From a virus: a stretch of 64,000 nt of DNA. A model generated the notes under the pieces. It was not told where the DNA came from. It saw only the letters and a list, made by a program, of their open reading frames with translations, and ran no database searches. Below are positions 20,650 to 29,872 of this stretch, in pieces. Positions within the stretch are counted from its first letter, which is position 1. Each line of letters starts with the position of its first letter. Made by a program: the position numbers and the translations under genes. Where the stretch lies: the IMG/VR virus record IMGVR_UViG_3300049215_000496, positions 25,082 to 89,081 of that record; one strand, given 5' to 3'.

Positions 20650-21466
20650 TCGCGCGACCCCATTCCTAAAGTGGGCGGGCGGTAAGAATAAACTTGTGCC
20701 TGAGCTGCTCAAGTTGATTCCGGAGCGCTTCAACACGTACCACGAACCGTTCCTCGGGGGAGGAGCACTGTTCTTCGCACTTCAACCGAAGCACGCGGTA
20801 CTGTCTGACGCCAACGAACTGCTCGTTAAGACATACACAGGCGTGCGAGATTACGTCGAAGACGTGATTGGCTACCTGAAGGAGCACTACATCCCGCTGC
20901 ACGCAGCTCACGGCATAGATTTCTACAATCACACACGTGCCACCAGGCTGCAGCACCTAAGCGAGGGCGGAATAGCCGCCTGGATGATCTACTTGAATCA
21001 CACATGCTTCAACGGATTGTGGCGCGTTAACAAGTCCGGGACATTCAATGTGTCTGCGGGTAAGTACAGCAACCCGAACATTTGCGCCGATGACAACCTG
21101 CGGGCATGCTCCAAAGCACTGCAGCATACAGAGATCCTGTGTCGGGACTTCGAAAAATTGCCGCACGCAAAAGACCGCACTGGCGAGCTGTACTACTTCG
21201 ATCCTCCATACGTCCCGGTGTCCGACACAGCCAACTTCACTGGGTACACCACCACAGGCTTCGACTTGCACGATCAAATCAGACTGCGGGATCTGGCGGT
21301 GCGGCTGAAGGGCGCACGCGCCCACGTGATCCTGTCGAATGCCGGATCGGATCACGTCCGATCGTTGTACAATACCGGCTTCGAAATCCGTGAGGTTGCA
21401 ATGCGTCGAAACATCAACTCGGCTGTGCACAAACGAGGGACTGTTACGGAGTTCATCATTCGGTGA
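20630..21466 (+). CDS. dam: DNA adenine methyltransferase (Dam/D12 class)
   Basis: PFLKWAGGK, EPFLGGG, FNGLWRVN and YFDPPY motifs. Confidence 0.92.
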   Translation: MNVLQPDRATPFLKWAGGKNKLVPELLKLIPERFNTYHEPFLGGGALFFALQPKHAVLSDANELLVKTYTGVRDYVEDVIGYLKEHYIPLHAAHGIDFYNHTRATRLQHLSEGGIAAWMIYLNHTCFNGLWRVNKSGTFNVSAGKYSNPNICADDNLRACSKALQHTEILCRDFEKLPHAKDRTGELYYFDPPYVPVSDTANFTGYTTTGFDLHDQIRLRDLAVRLKGARAHVILSNAGSDHVRSLYNTGFEIREVAMRRNINSAVHKRGTVTEFIIR

Positions 21467-21729
21467 TCGCGACCAAGCACGAACCTGTGGTGTACAACGG
21501 TGACGACGAACACGCCGTGATATGTCGCGTGTGTTACAGATTGGGAAAGACTGCAACGATTAGACTACCGACTTTTACAGCAACCGTCACACTGTGGTTT
21601 GCAGGAGATGCCTCAACGCTAGTCGACATTTATGCCGCCAGTAAAGAGTGTGATGGCAACGACGCCTGGATGAATGCTCCAGCACTCGAACCGTCAAAGG
21701 CGCGCGAGCAGAAATCTGTCGTTGGCTAG
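21463..21729 (+). CDS. hypothetical protein
   Basis: GTGA coupling; CRVC. Confidence 0.45.
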   Translation: MIATKHEPVVYNGDDEHAVICRVCYRLGKTATIRLPTFTATVTLWFAGDASTLVDIYAASKECDGNDAWMNAPALEPSKAREQKSVVG

Positions 21730-21996
21730 GGCTTCGAGAGACTGCCGAGTTTCGTGAGCGATATCCCCAAGCGCCCCCATCTTGTCTGCGAGGGCCCGGA
21801 CTGCAAAGACGCGTTCATCAACTTGAAGTCGCGGGATAATTCGCGCACTTTCAGCAAGATCGCGGACAATTTCGTTGAGCGAAAATCCAACGTCGCGGAG
21901 AGCCTCGCTGAGGACTGATCCGCTGTCCGGAGAGGTTGGGCGCTCTCCATCGAAATCGTCGTCGCTAGGCTCATGTGAATCCCCCATGTCGTGCAA
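21694..21996 (-). CDS. acidic helical hypothetical protein (start may be 21987)
   Basis: ORF track; ERPTSPDS region. Confidence 0.5.
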   Translation of the reverse strand: MHDMGDSHEPSDDDFDGERPTSPDSGSVLSEALRDVGFSLNEIVRDLAESARIIPRLQVDERVFAVRALADKMGALGDIAHETRQSLEALANDRFLLARL

Positions 21997-22027
21997 TCCC
22001 CGTAATCAGCATACCATCTGCCCCCCT

Positions 22028-22423
22028 CTACACCGCAATCGTTCCGAAAGGCGCGGTCACCGACACCGTTGCCGGACCCCCTGATGCCAAGCGCATCTGA
22101 ATACGAACCATCGGCCTACGCCGCTTGAACTCTGCATCGAGAAAATGCGCTCCAACGGCAAGTGTTGATCCGCCGTTGTCCGTGAACGTTCGCAGGATCT
22201 CGGGCATCTTGATGGCACCCAATCCCGTATCCTCCTCGGCGATCTCGCGGAACCACGGGCCGCTAGGAGCTTCCCCCGTTTCGAGATACCATTCGATCAC
22301 CGCAGGAGCTGTGACTACTGTGATCTCGAAGCCAAAGGTGGCGTCAACGCCCGCGATCAACAGGGCCTTCGTCGCTTTGAAGGATGCCGAAAGTGCGCCA
22401 TTGAACAAGCTGACAACGCTCAT
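22028..22423 (-). CDS. beta-rich putative virion protein
   Basis: ATGA coupling to upstream gene; beta-strand pattern. Confidence 0.6.
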   Translation of the reverse strand: MSVVSLFNGALSASFKATKALLIAGVDATFGFEITVVTAPAVIEWYLETGEAPSGPWFREIAEEDTGLGAIKMPEILRTFTDNGGSTLAVGAHFLDAEFKRRRPMVRIQMRLASGGPATVSVTAPFGTIAV

Positions 22424-22926
22424 TTTCGTTTCTTCTTGAGTGCCGCAGCAACCAGCGACAACGCGATCAAAACCGACACACCACCGACCACGTACCACAC
22501 CCACTGCTGATTCGATGCCATTCCGGTATTCTGCTGCGTGATCGGTATCGGAACGAGCGCGCCACTCGACGAGGATCTGCGAACGGCACGCTGAACAACT
22601 GGATCCGGAACGCTCCCGCCACTCTTTTGCACGCGTTGCGCGACGAGCGCCGCGAGTGCCCCTGCGTACTGCCGCACGCGCGTGACGTCCAGGTCAGCGC
22701 GAGGGAACGCCGAGGTGCCACCGACGTACGTCGCCAGCGCGTAGTTGACAGCTTTCACCGTCGCTGGCCCGATCACGCCATCGACCGCGACCTTTGACAG
22801 ATTCGGATCGCCTGTCGTATTCCCGAGAGCCTTCAGCGCGTTCTGAAGCTGCGCCGCAGGGGATACAGGTGCGGGAGACGCGGCGGGCGCTGCGTGAGCA
22901 CCTGAAATGGTGTAGATTTCCGCCAT
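22420..22926 (-). CDS. peptidoglycan-binding-domain protein with C-terminal TM and KKKRK tail
   Basis: QLQNALKALG…VDGVIGPATVKAV (PG_binding_1-like); N-terminus EIYTISGA. Confidence 0.8.
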   Translation of the reverse strand: MAEIYTISGAHAAPAASPAPVSPAAQLQNALKALGNTTGDPNLSKVAVDGVIGPATVKAVNYALATYVGGTSAFPRADLDVTRVRQYAGALAALVAQRVQKSGGSVPDPVVQRAVRRSSSSGALVPIPITQQNTGMASNQQWVWYVVGGVSVLIALSLVAAALKKKRK

Positions 22927-22995
22927 AGGCGATCCGGGTCCAAAGACTGTACCACGGGTTGCAAGTGCAGCGAAAGTGGCTGTAGTATTGAAGCC

Positions 22996-23508
22996 GTGGA
23001 AATGAAACGCCCATTCCTCACCGGTGCCGCTGTGGGCGCACTGGGATTGTTCATGTGGCTCAGACGCGGCTGGTTCCTCGGACTCTTCCAGCACGCCAAA
23101 TCGGTGTTCCACGGATTCGGTGAAGCGGGTGTCCCGGGCGCGCTGACCGCGGCACTGACCGCCATGGGACCGCCCGACGCCGGCCCGATAGCAATTCGCC
23201 AGATCCGCCGATACGCGTTCGCGGCGTCGCAGGACCAGTCCCCGGTGGTCGGGCTCACGCACGCGTCCTACGCCCTGGTGCTGCTCGACACGGTGGAAGA
23301 GATGCTCGGGCGCGAAGCGTTGAAAGGTGTCACCGGTGTGGACCCCACACGGATGCGCACGTTCATCACGGCGCAGCAGGACCGGCACGCGAAGGTGCTG
23401 GAGCGCTGCGATCCATACTTGCTGTCGGTTTTGAAGATGGAACGGGACAGCGGGAAGTTGCCGGGGTTCATCTTGCAGGGCGCGGGCAGCGCACCTCGGG
23501 GGGCTTGA
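22996..23508 (+). CDS. membrane-anchored hypothetical protein
   Basis: TTGCAA-18-TAGTAT-7-GTG; N-terminal TM; ends LQGAGSAPRGA. Confidence 0.7.
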   Translation: MEMKRPFLTGAAVGALGLFMWLRRGWFLGLFQHAKSVFHGFGEAGVPGALTAALTAMGPPDAGPIAIRQIRRYAFAASQDQSPVVGLTHASYALVLLDTVEEMLGREALKGVTGVDPTRMRTFITAQQDRHAKVLERCDPYLLSVLKMERDSGKLPGFILQGAGSAPRGA

Positions 23509-23792
23509 TGCGAATCGGTCCAAAGCATTGCAACACGCTACCGGACATGGATCCGGGCATGATTGAGAAAACCGGTTACGCTGCTACGAAGCTGCGCTCG
23601 CTCGTCACGGGCAAGAAGCCGAATCGCGTGCTCGGCTACGAAGGCGAATGGACGGCAAAGGTCGTTGGCAATGACGTAGAAACAGGCAACCAAGTGACGG
23701 TGGCCTACTACGATCACGCCTATACACACGCAGCGGATGCACGATGCCGGGCCTCACAGTTGCTGCGCCATCTGAAAACGCGGGGGGCTTGA
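23508..23792 (+). CDS. hypothetical protein
   Basis: TGATG coupling. Confidence 0.55.
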   Translation: MRIGPKHCNTLPDMDPGMIEKTGYAATKLRSLVTGKKPNRVLGYEGEWTAKVVGNDVETGNQVTVAYYDHAYTHAADARCRASQLLRHLKTRGA

Positions 23793-24031
23793 TGCCAAAA
23801 ACTCTAAAGACGGTGTGCGCCCTGACAGGCGGTGGGTTCGTCCTGTATACGTCAGCGAACGGCAGACTTCGCCCAATTGCTGCGCCTGCCGGATACACGC
23901 CTAACGTGATGTCGTACGCGACGGAAGGGGAAGCGCATCGGGCCGGACGCCGACTCTTGCTACGCTACCCGAGCAAAAAATTCGTCGTTCACGATTGTCG
24001 CAAGAAAGCAACCGATCCGGTGTATCCGTGA
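23792..24031 (+). CDS. small basic hypothetical protein
   Basis: TGATG coupling. Confidence 0.55.
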   Translation: MPKTLKTVCALTGGGFVLYTSANGRLRPIAAPAGYTPNVMSYATEGEAHRAGRRLLLRYPSKKFVVHDCRKKATDPVYP

Positions 24032-24567
24032 CGGCAGGCAAGAAAAAGAAAGGCATCCCACCGACCGTCTGCAATTTCATGGCGGTACTGTCCTCGAAGC
24101 TCACGCAACACGACGTGAAGGAGAGCGCCCGCGAGATGAAACGTGGCAACGCCAACATCTATCGCCTCGGGCACTTGTTGGAAGCAAAGCAGAAGGTCGA
24201 AGCCGACGTGGCACGCGTGGTGCCCAACTGCGACGTGACCGTGACCCCCGAGATCGCCGCTACGATCAAGCGTAGCCTCAACACGCGTTTCAATCCCGGC
24301 TTTCCTCCCATTCGGAACGTCGAGAAGCAGCTCGATGCGTTTCTCGCGAGTGGCAAGCAGCCGTCGCTTCTCGGGGCGCGCCGCTTAGGATCGAGCAAGA
24401 CCAAGCTAGATTTGATCTTGGACAAAGTGCAGCGCGGTGTGCGAGAAGTTACGTTCGATGCAGAAGGCTACACTAAACAACAATTGCAACGTCTCGTGTC
24501 GACAGCAAAGAATCGTGGGTTGCACGTCTCAGGTACCAAGCGCTGGATTCTAGTCCGATCTTTGTGA
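24028..24567 (+). CDS. basic two-domain protein split by LLGARRLGSS linker
   Basis: GTGA coupling; N-terminal KKKK. Confidence 0.65.
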   Translation: MTAGKKKKGIPPTVCNFMAVLSSKLTQHDVKESAREMKRGNANIYRLGHLLEAKQKVEADVARVVPNCDVTVTPEIAATIKRSLNTRFNPGFPPIRNVEKQLDAFLASGKQPSLLGARRLGSSKTKLDLILDKVQRGVREVTFDAEGYTKQQLQRLVSTAKNRGLHVSGTKRWILVRSL

Positions 24568-24734
24568 TGCTGCGTGCAGCACAAATCGGTTCGTTCTCCA
24601 CCGACGCACGCACGGCAATCACCGTCGCGCCCGACTACTTCGTGCGCTGGTACACCATCAAGAGCATCGGGCTCGGTGTGGTCGCCGCAGCGCTGGCGTT
24701 CATGATCGGGCGTGCGACAGCGCAACACCGCTGA
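24567..24734 (+). CDS. 55-aa membrane protein (not in ORF track)
   Basis: TGATG coupling; TM SIGLGVVAAALAFMIG. Confidence 0.6.
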   Translation: MLRAAQIGSFSTDARTAITVAPDYFVRWYTIKSIGLGVVAAALAFMIGRATAQHR

Positions 24735-24771
24735 CTTGCACCTACCCCCCACAGCAAGCTACTCTTGCAGC

Positions 24772-25203
24772 ATGAAACGCATTGCACTGCTTCTCGTCCT
24801 GCTCTCCGCTTCGCTGACCCCCAGTTGTGCGACAGTCCAGAAAAACCTGCCGACGGTTCTGGCGTATGTGCAAGACGGAATGTTGGTCCTCGACGAGATC
24901 GCACGCTTTGCGCCAATCGTCTTCGCAGCGCACCCTGATCCAGCACTCGAAGCCAAAGTGGATGCCGGTTTGAGCAAAGCTCGGGCAGCTCTCGATACGG
25001 CTTTGCGAATCGCTCAAGGCACCACGGACATCAACCAAGCACAGCTCGACGCCGCATTCGCGGAATTCAAGCAAGCCTACTTGGACGTGACAGGGCTCCT
25101 CGGCCCATACGGAGTGAGTCGTCAAGGTACGGCGATGGTCGCGCGGGGTGGACCGAAGCCAACGCTGGTGGTCCCCGAACCGCTGGCGGTAATCGGACGG
25201 TGA
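24772..25203 (+). CDS. putative lipoprotein
   Basis: MKR + hydrophobic core + Cys (LTPSC); TTGCAC-18-TACTCT-6-ATG. Confidence 0.7.
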   Translation: MKRIALLLVLLSASLTPSCATVQKNLPTVLAYVQDGMLVLDEIARFAPIVFAAHPDPALEAKVDAGLSKARAALDTALRIAQGTTDINQAQLDAAFAEFKQAYLDVTGLLGPYGVSRQGTAMVARGGPKPTLVVPEPLAVIGR

Positions 25204-26063
25204 GCACAACTTTCCAGAAGCGTGGGCGCGGTTGGCTGAAAGACAAGCCGGACGCCCGAGACCATTCCTACAGCGCGAAGCGCACAGCAGGTGCAGTAGC
25301 GTCCCCGGATGCGCACCTCCGCAAGTACATCCTGGACATCCTAGATCAAGGATCCGAGGGTTCGTGCGTCGCCAATTCGCTAGCCCAAAACGTTCGGATG
25401 TCCCACGTTCGCCAGGGAGCAGTCAATCCCCCCCTGCTGTCGCGTAATGGCCTTTACTACCTCGCGCGAGCCGTGACGGGTGACCAACACCAGGACACCG
25501 GTACGTACACTCGCAACGCTTGCGCGGCTCTGGTCAAATTCGGCTTCGCTCCTGAGTCCGTGTGGCCCTACGACGACAACACCAAGCCTGGCCCAAACGG
25601 AGAGCTTCCGAAGTTCGCCCAGATGCCACCCGCGGAGTTCTTTCGACAAGGCTTCGATCAAAAGGCGAAGCAAACAGCGGCGGGGGTGCTGCCGGCCTAC
25701 TTACGAATCACAGAAACCGGAACGGATCGCATCGCCGTCATTCGACACGCTCTTGCGTCGGGCTTCGGCGTGTCGTTCGGAACGTTGGTGTCGGAAGCCT
25801 TTTGCGCAGGAGAAACCGATTCGACCAAAGCATTAGGCCCCCCGATCAACGAACAGATTGCTGGCGGTCACGAGCTGCTGATCACAGACAGTTGGACGAT
25901 GCCCGACGGATCGTTCGAGTTCAGCATTTGCAATTCGTGGAGCAAAGATTGGGGCGACGGCGGGTTCTTTCGCATGCGCACGGACTATGTAAAGTGGTCT
26001 GAAACGGATGATCTGTGGATCGTCGAAGCGCCGCCTCTCTACTCCACGGAGCTGTCGTCATGA
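25200..26063 (+). CDS. papain-like cysteine protease (C1A)
   Basis: DQGSEGSCVAN (Q, C), GGHELL (H), CNSWSKDWGDGG (N). Confidence 0.9.
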   Translation: MSTTFQKRGRGWLKDKPDARDHSYSAKRTAGAVASPDAHLRKYILDILDQGSEGSCVANSLAQNVRMSHVRQGAVNPPLLSRNGLYYLARAVTGDQHQDTGTYTRNACAALVKFGFAPESVWPYDDNTKPGPNGELPKFAQMPPAEFFRQGFDQKAKQTAAGVLPAYLRITETGTDRIAVIRHALASGFGVSFGTLVSEAFCAGETDSTKALGPPINEQIAGGHELLITDSWTMPDGSFEFSICNSWSKDWGDGGFFRMRTDYVKWSETDDLWIVEAPPLYSTELSS

Positions 26064-26338
26064 TGCGCGCGTTGCTGATCGCTGGAATGTTCTTTCTTGG
26101 TGAAGGCTGCCCGCACCCGGCGCCTCCACCTGTTCCGCCAACACCCGTGATCGCCTCATGCGCCACGGTTTGCGCACACGAAACGGATCTCGGCTGCCCC
26201 GCGGCCCGCTCGACGCCGAACGGCGCGACCTGCGAAGATGTGTGCCGAAACGTTCAGACGTCTGGAATCATCACGTGGGATCTCGCGTGCCGCAGCACCG
26301 CGCCCACCTGTTCGGCTATCGACGCGTGCGAGCGCTGA
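26060..26338 (+). CDS. Cys-rich lipoprotein
   Basis: Signal ending GEGC, Pro linker, CxxxC repeats. Confidence 0.75.
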   Translation: MMRALLIAGMFFLGEGCPHPAPPPVPPTPVIASCATVCAHETDLGCPAARSTPNGATCEDVCRNVQTSGIITWDLACRSTAPTCSAIDACER

Positions 26339-26470
26339 AGCTAGATCTCCTCGCACTGGCACGCCTCTCACTCCACGCGTGCTGGCTGCTACCGACGGCG
26401 TTGATCGCTCGATGGACGCTGGACGAGAAGTTGATGTGCTACGTGCACAAGCGCACGGCCGAGGAGTGGT

Positions 26471-27226
26471 TCAGGTTCGACCGGACGCTGCGGGGGTGAG
26501 CGCCGGATCTTCACGAAGCATCGCACACGCTTGCGCCAGAATTTGACACGCACGTGATTCCGTTCGCTCGATAACGATGCCGATCTCGCCAAGGGACAAA
26601 TCTTGGCAGAAGTACAGCGTCAGCACGCGCTGCATCTGAAGTGGAAGCCTTTCGATCGCCGCTTGCAAGCAATCAAGCATCTGTCCGTGTGCGGCTGCTT
26701 GTAGCGCGTCGACGGCTTTAGGATCCGCGGTGAGTTCGAAGAAGTCGCGGCCGGGCGGCACGGCTTCGTCGTACCCAACCACACGGTCCCCCGCGAGGCG
26801 GCTGCGCATCTTTGCCAGTTCAGCATCGGTAAGGCCCATGTGCGCGGCGATCTCACTTTGGTCCGGCGTGCGCATGAGTGCCCTTTCAAGCTCGTTCACA
26901 ACGTCTCGGAGGTGCATGGACACACGGCGCATGTCTCGCGACAGCGTATCGTTGGCTCGAATCGAATCCAGCATGGCGCCCCGAATCCGTGTCTCAGCAA
27001 ATCCCTCGAACGACACGCCGTGCTTAGCATCGTACCGCGTCGCCGCGTCGATGAGCCCGAGGTTACCGGCTGCGATCAAGTCATCGAGATCGATGTGGTC
27101 TGGCAGCTTGCGAGCCAAACGGCGTGCGACGTTGGCTACAAACGGGAGGGGGTCAGCGATCAGTGCGTCGCGTTTGTGGCGTGCTGCTTGCGAGATAGCC
27201 TGCGGAGGTTTTCGTCGTCGGTCCAC
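26471..27226 (-). CDS. fliA: FliA/WhiG (sigma28)-family RNA polymerase sigma factor
   Basis: LPDHIDLDDLIAAGNLGL, RIRGAMLD, region 4 LSLGEIG…TESRACQI. Confidence 0.9.
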   Translation of the reverse strand: MDRRRKPPQAISQAARHKRDALIADPLPFVANVARRLARKLPDHIDLDDLIAAGNLGLIDAATRYDAKHGVSFEGFAETRIRGAMLDSIRANDTLSRDMRRVSMHLRDVVNELERALMRTPDQSEIAAHMGLTDAELAKMRSRLAGDRVVGYDEAVPPGRDFFELTADPKAVDALQAAAHGQMLDCLQAAIERLPLQMQRVLTLYFCQDLSLGEIGIVIERTESRACQILAQACAMLREDPALTPAASGRT

Positions 27227-27235
27227 ATTTTCGCG

Positions 27236-27415
27236 TCAGCACTTTTTGAGCAGTGCATCGCGCTTGCGCATGAGACGCTTCACGACGGGATCGTCAAACA
27301 GTCCGCCGCGACCGCTCACGAATCCCGTATAGCCGTGCTTGTCAGCTTTGGCCATTGCACGCAAGAGATTCTCCTCGATGATCCGACGCTTGATTTTGCA
27401 CGCGTGTGAAGTCAT
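27236..27415 (-). CDS. small basic protein
   Basis: ATGA coupling. Confidence 0.5.
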   Translation of the reverse strand: MTSHACKIKRRIIEENLLRAMAKADKHGYTGFVSGRGGLFDDPVVKRLMRKRDALLKKC

Positions 27416-27747
27416 CGATGCTTCCTCGCCCCGGCCAGTGTTTCTACGATTCGGCACTCAGCGGCGTCGAGCAGATCGGCGAATCTATCGGGACGAAACA
27501 CTGTGAAAGGCTCGGAGCGTTCGCCAATAGATGCGATGGGCGGGTTACCACCAATCGCGTTCTGGCGCATCCAGCGAAACCCGCTCGCGGTTTTGCACTC
27601 GATGTGCACACGCATCGGCTTCTTCAGCTTCATCGACTTCTCGTCCGCCAGGTTCGTTGAGAAGCCTTCGGATATTATTTCAGCAATCGTAGCCCGATCC
27701 TCACCACGTCCTTGCACTTTGATCAAGTCCACACGCCGCCCTGCCAT
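27412..27747 (-). CDS. basic hypothetical protein
   Basis: Part of a coupled minus-strand run. Confidence 0.55.
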   Translation of the reverse strand: MAGRRVDLIKVQGRGEDRATIAEIISEGFSTNLADEKSMKLKKPMRVHIECKTASGFRWMRQNAIGGNPPIASIGERSEPFTVFRPDRFADLLDAAECRIVETLAGARKHR

Positions 27748-27974
27748 ATTGGCCAATAACTGTGCGCCCCGTTTGGCAACAGCAGCGTTGGCACGCACAC
27801 AAGTGCCGCGAACTCGCCGGAACTCGACCAACAATAACCGCGATCTGGTATTCCACGATGTGAACTGTGCTTGGCCCAAAATGTCTCGTACTTCTGGTGG
27901 GAGGAGCGCGAACCCCCGAACTTGACGAACGGAAACTTGCTCGTGAGCCGAAGTGTTTTGCGCCGTCGAGCCAT
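27723..27974 (-). CDS. small basic protein starting MARRRK
   Basis: ORF track; N-terminal motif shared with three other genes. Confidence 0.55.
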   Translation of the reverse strand: MARRRKTLRLTSKFPFVKFGGSRSSHQKYETFWAKHSSHRGIPDRGYCWSSSGEFAALVCVPTLLLPNGAHSYWPIWQGGVWT

Positions 27975-27975
27975 C

Positions 27976-28179
27976 TTACTCGTGCCCTCGTTTCCTGCGG
28001 GAGAGTTCCGCGCAGCCCTTCATGAGCTTCGCTTTCACTGCGCGGGCCTGCGACACACTCACCGGACGCGGCAGCACGATGTAGTTCAGCAAGCGCCCGT
28101 CACGCGCGTAGAGAACCGCGACAGCGGTGCGCTTGGCGCCGCGTTGAGATTGGAAGCGAACGGTGCACTGGGCGGCCAT
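27976..28179 (-). CDS. small basic protein
   Basis: Coupled ORF. Confidence 0.55.
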   Translation of the reverse strand: MAAQCTVRFQSQRGAKRTAVAVLYARDGRLLNYIVLPRPVSVSQARAVKAKLMKGCAELSRRKRGHE

Positions 28180-28595
28180 CAGCGTCTCCCTGCGTATCTC
28201 TTGAATGCTTCACTCTCAGGGTACTTCTCACGCAACCGCTGTTTCCAACCGACTTCACGCTTGGCAGGCTTCAATTTCTTTTGCTTTGGCGCTTTCCATA
28301 CAGCGCCTGGGCCGCGCAGCGACTCAGACGACGTCTCGCCGGTCAGCTTGCACGCGATCTCAGCGCCGCTTTTCTTGCACGTCGCGTGTGCTGGAGAGAG
28401 CACGAAATCGACGCGGGCCTTACCCGTGACGTACGCGCCGCGAAACCGGAGCGTGCTTGCTTTGACGTTCACGGAGTGGTTTACGTTTTCACCGTAAGGC
28501 GAACCGGACGTTGGGATGCAACTAACACGCACTTCAGCCTTGCCTGCACCGTCCAGTGCGACGTAGCGAACGTGACAGCCTTTGGGGGTGAGCAT
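28179..28595 (-). CDS. beta domain + LRGPG + basic tail protein
   Basis: Coupled ORF; Lys-rich C-terminus. Confidence 0.6.
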   Translation of the reverse strand: MLTPKGCHVRYVALDGAGKAEVRVSCIPTSGSPYGENVNHSVNVKASTLRFRGAYVTGKARVDFVLSPAHATCKKSGAEIACKLTGETSSESLRGPGAVWKAPKQKKLKPAKREVGWKQRLREKYPESEAFKRYAGRR

Positions 28596-28898
28596 CTACC
28601 GACGCTTCCGTTTCTTCGCCCCGTGCAGCTCACGAATCGAAGCCATCGCTTCGGACGAGTAGTCCTTCTCGTACGTGATCAACGGCCAGGTAAGTCGACA
28701 TGCTTTGCGCACATCGCCAACAATCAGGGGCTTTGATCCATCCCCGCCGCCGGGCGTGAGCACCTGGAGCTGCGCCCCGTGACCGGCTCCACCAACCGGG
28801 CACAAGCGAAACTCTCGCGCTTTCGTGCCCTTGCGCTGTACGATCATGCGCACGCACTCAGTGAGCTTGATCTTTTGTGCTTTGTTCCACTGAATCAT
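28596..28898 (-). CDS. basic protein ending LHGAKKRKRR
   Basis: SD GGGGAGG before ATG 28898. Confidence 0.6.
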   Translation of the reverse strand: MIQWNKAQKIKLTECVRMIVQRKGTKAREFRLCPVGGAGHGAQLQVLTPGGGDGSKPLIVGDVRKACRLTWPLITYEKDYSSEAMASIRELHGAKKRKRR

Positions 28899-28978
28899 CG
28901 GCGCCTCCCCGAATGACGGCGCGACACGCGACCGTGGTCGCCCACACCCACCAGCTCTTCGTCTTGGTTCTCTGTGCA

Positions 28979-29389
28979 TTACGAATCCTTGTAAATTGCC
29001 CAGAACCCGTAGAACAACCCGAACGCGGCACCGGCGATCCCCAGCGTCGCAAGTGTCGTGGTGATGTTGCCGACGATCCCCGCGCCATGAAACGACGGGG
29101 GCAGCAAGCCCTCAGGGGTGTACGGATTCGCCACGTACGACGGAGGCATCAATCCCTCGGGGGTCTGTTGCTGCGACGTGTACGTTGGCGCCATGAGCCC
29201 GCACTTGCGTCCGATCACAGTGTGGGCCTTCATCACAGTTCTCTGCGTGGACGCACTCTGACGGACCGGTGCGTTCTGTAGCAGCCCGATGGCCCGCGCG
29301 ACAGCATCCCGGGCGAACACACAATTGCCCTCACGCAGAGCTTCGTTGGCCTGACGCACGTACGACAGGATCAGCGCTTTGTGAGTCAC
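28979..29389 (-). CDS. helical domain + FHGAG + C-terminal TM protein
   Basis: GTGA coupling; repeated TPEGL(M/L)PPS; TM. Confidence 0.65.
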   Translation of the reverse strand: MTHKALILSYVRQANEALREGNCVFARDAVARAIGLLQNAPVRQSASTQRTVMKAHTVIGRKCGLMAPTYTSQQQTPEGLMPPSYVANPYTPEGLLPPSFHGAGIVGNITTTLATLGIAGAAFGLFYGFWAIYKDS

Positions 29390-29850
29390 TCTGCCAGCTC
29401 CTGATATCGATGGTACAGCATGACGCCGCCCACGACGAGTCCCGTTGCCAGCGCCAGCGCGCCAACGATCTTCCACGGAGTCCAGAACGGCTTGTCACTT
29501 CCCGCGCCCTGCACCTGAACGACGTATGTACCGTCCGGAAGGTCAACTGCCACGCCGACAGGAACAAGCTCTTGGCCGGTCGTCCGGGGCGCACCGGCGC
29601 CGCACGGGAGCATCGTCAGCGCGTGTGTGTGGCCGTCCGACGGATCCGGTTGGACCTTGAAGTCCCGCACGCGGTGGTAGTGCCCCGAATCAACGTCAGT
29701 GTTTCCGGTGCCCTCAGCGTTCAGCCACGCCCCGTGCTTGTGCATCGGAACGTTCTTGCCTGTGTTCGTGGTCGTCTGCTGGCACGGAAAACCGGGAGGC
29801 AGCGGCCTCGCGTAGACCACATCCGCCGGATTTGGATACTCGTTGCGCAC
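29386..29850 (-). CDS. His-motif (HxH) protein with C-terminal TM anchor
   Basis: HKH, GHYH, GHTH motifs; VQGAG before TM. Confidence 0.7.
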   Translation of the reverse strand: MRNEYPNPADVVYARPLPPGFPCQQTTTNTGKNVPMHKHGAWLNAEGTGNTDVDSGHYHRVRDFKVQPDPSDGHTHALTMLPCGAGAPRTTGQELVPVGVAVDLPDGTYVVQVQGAGSDKPFWTPWKIVGALALATGLVVGGVMLYHRYQELAE

Positions 29851-29872
29851 GGTGGGAGCGGGGGGCCACCCC

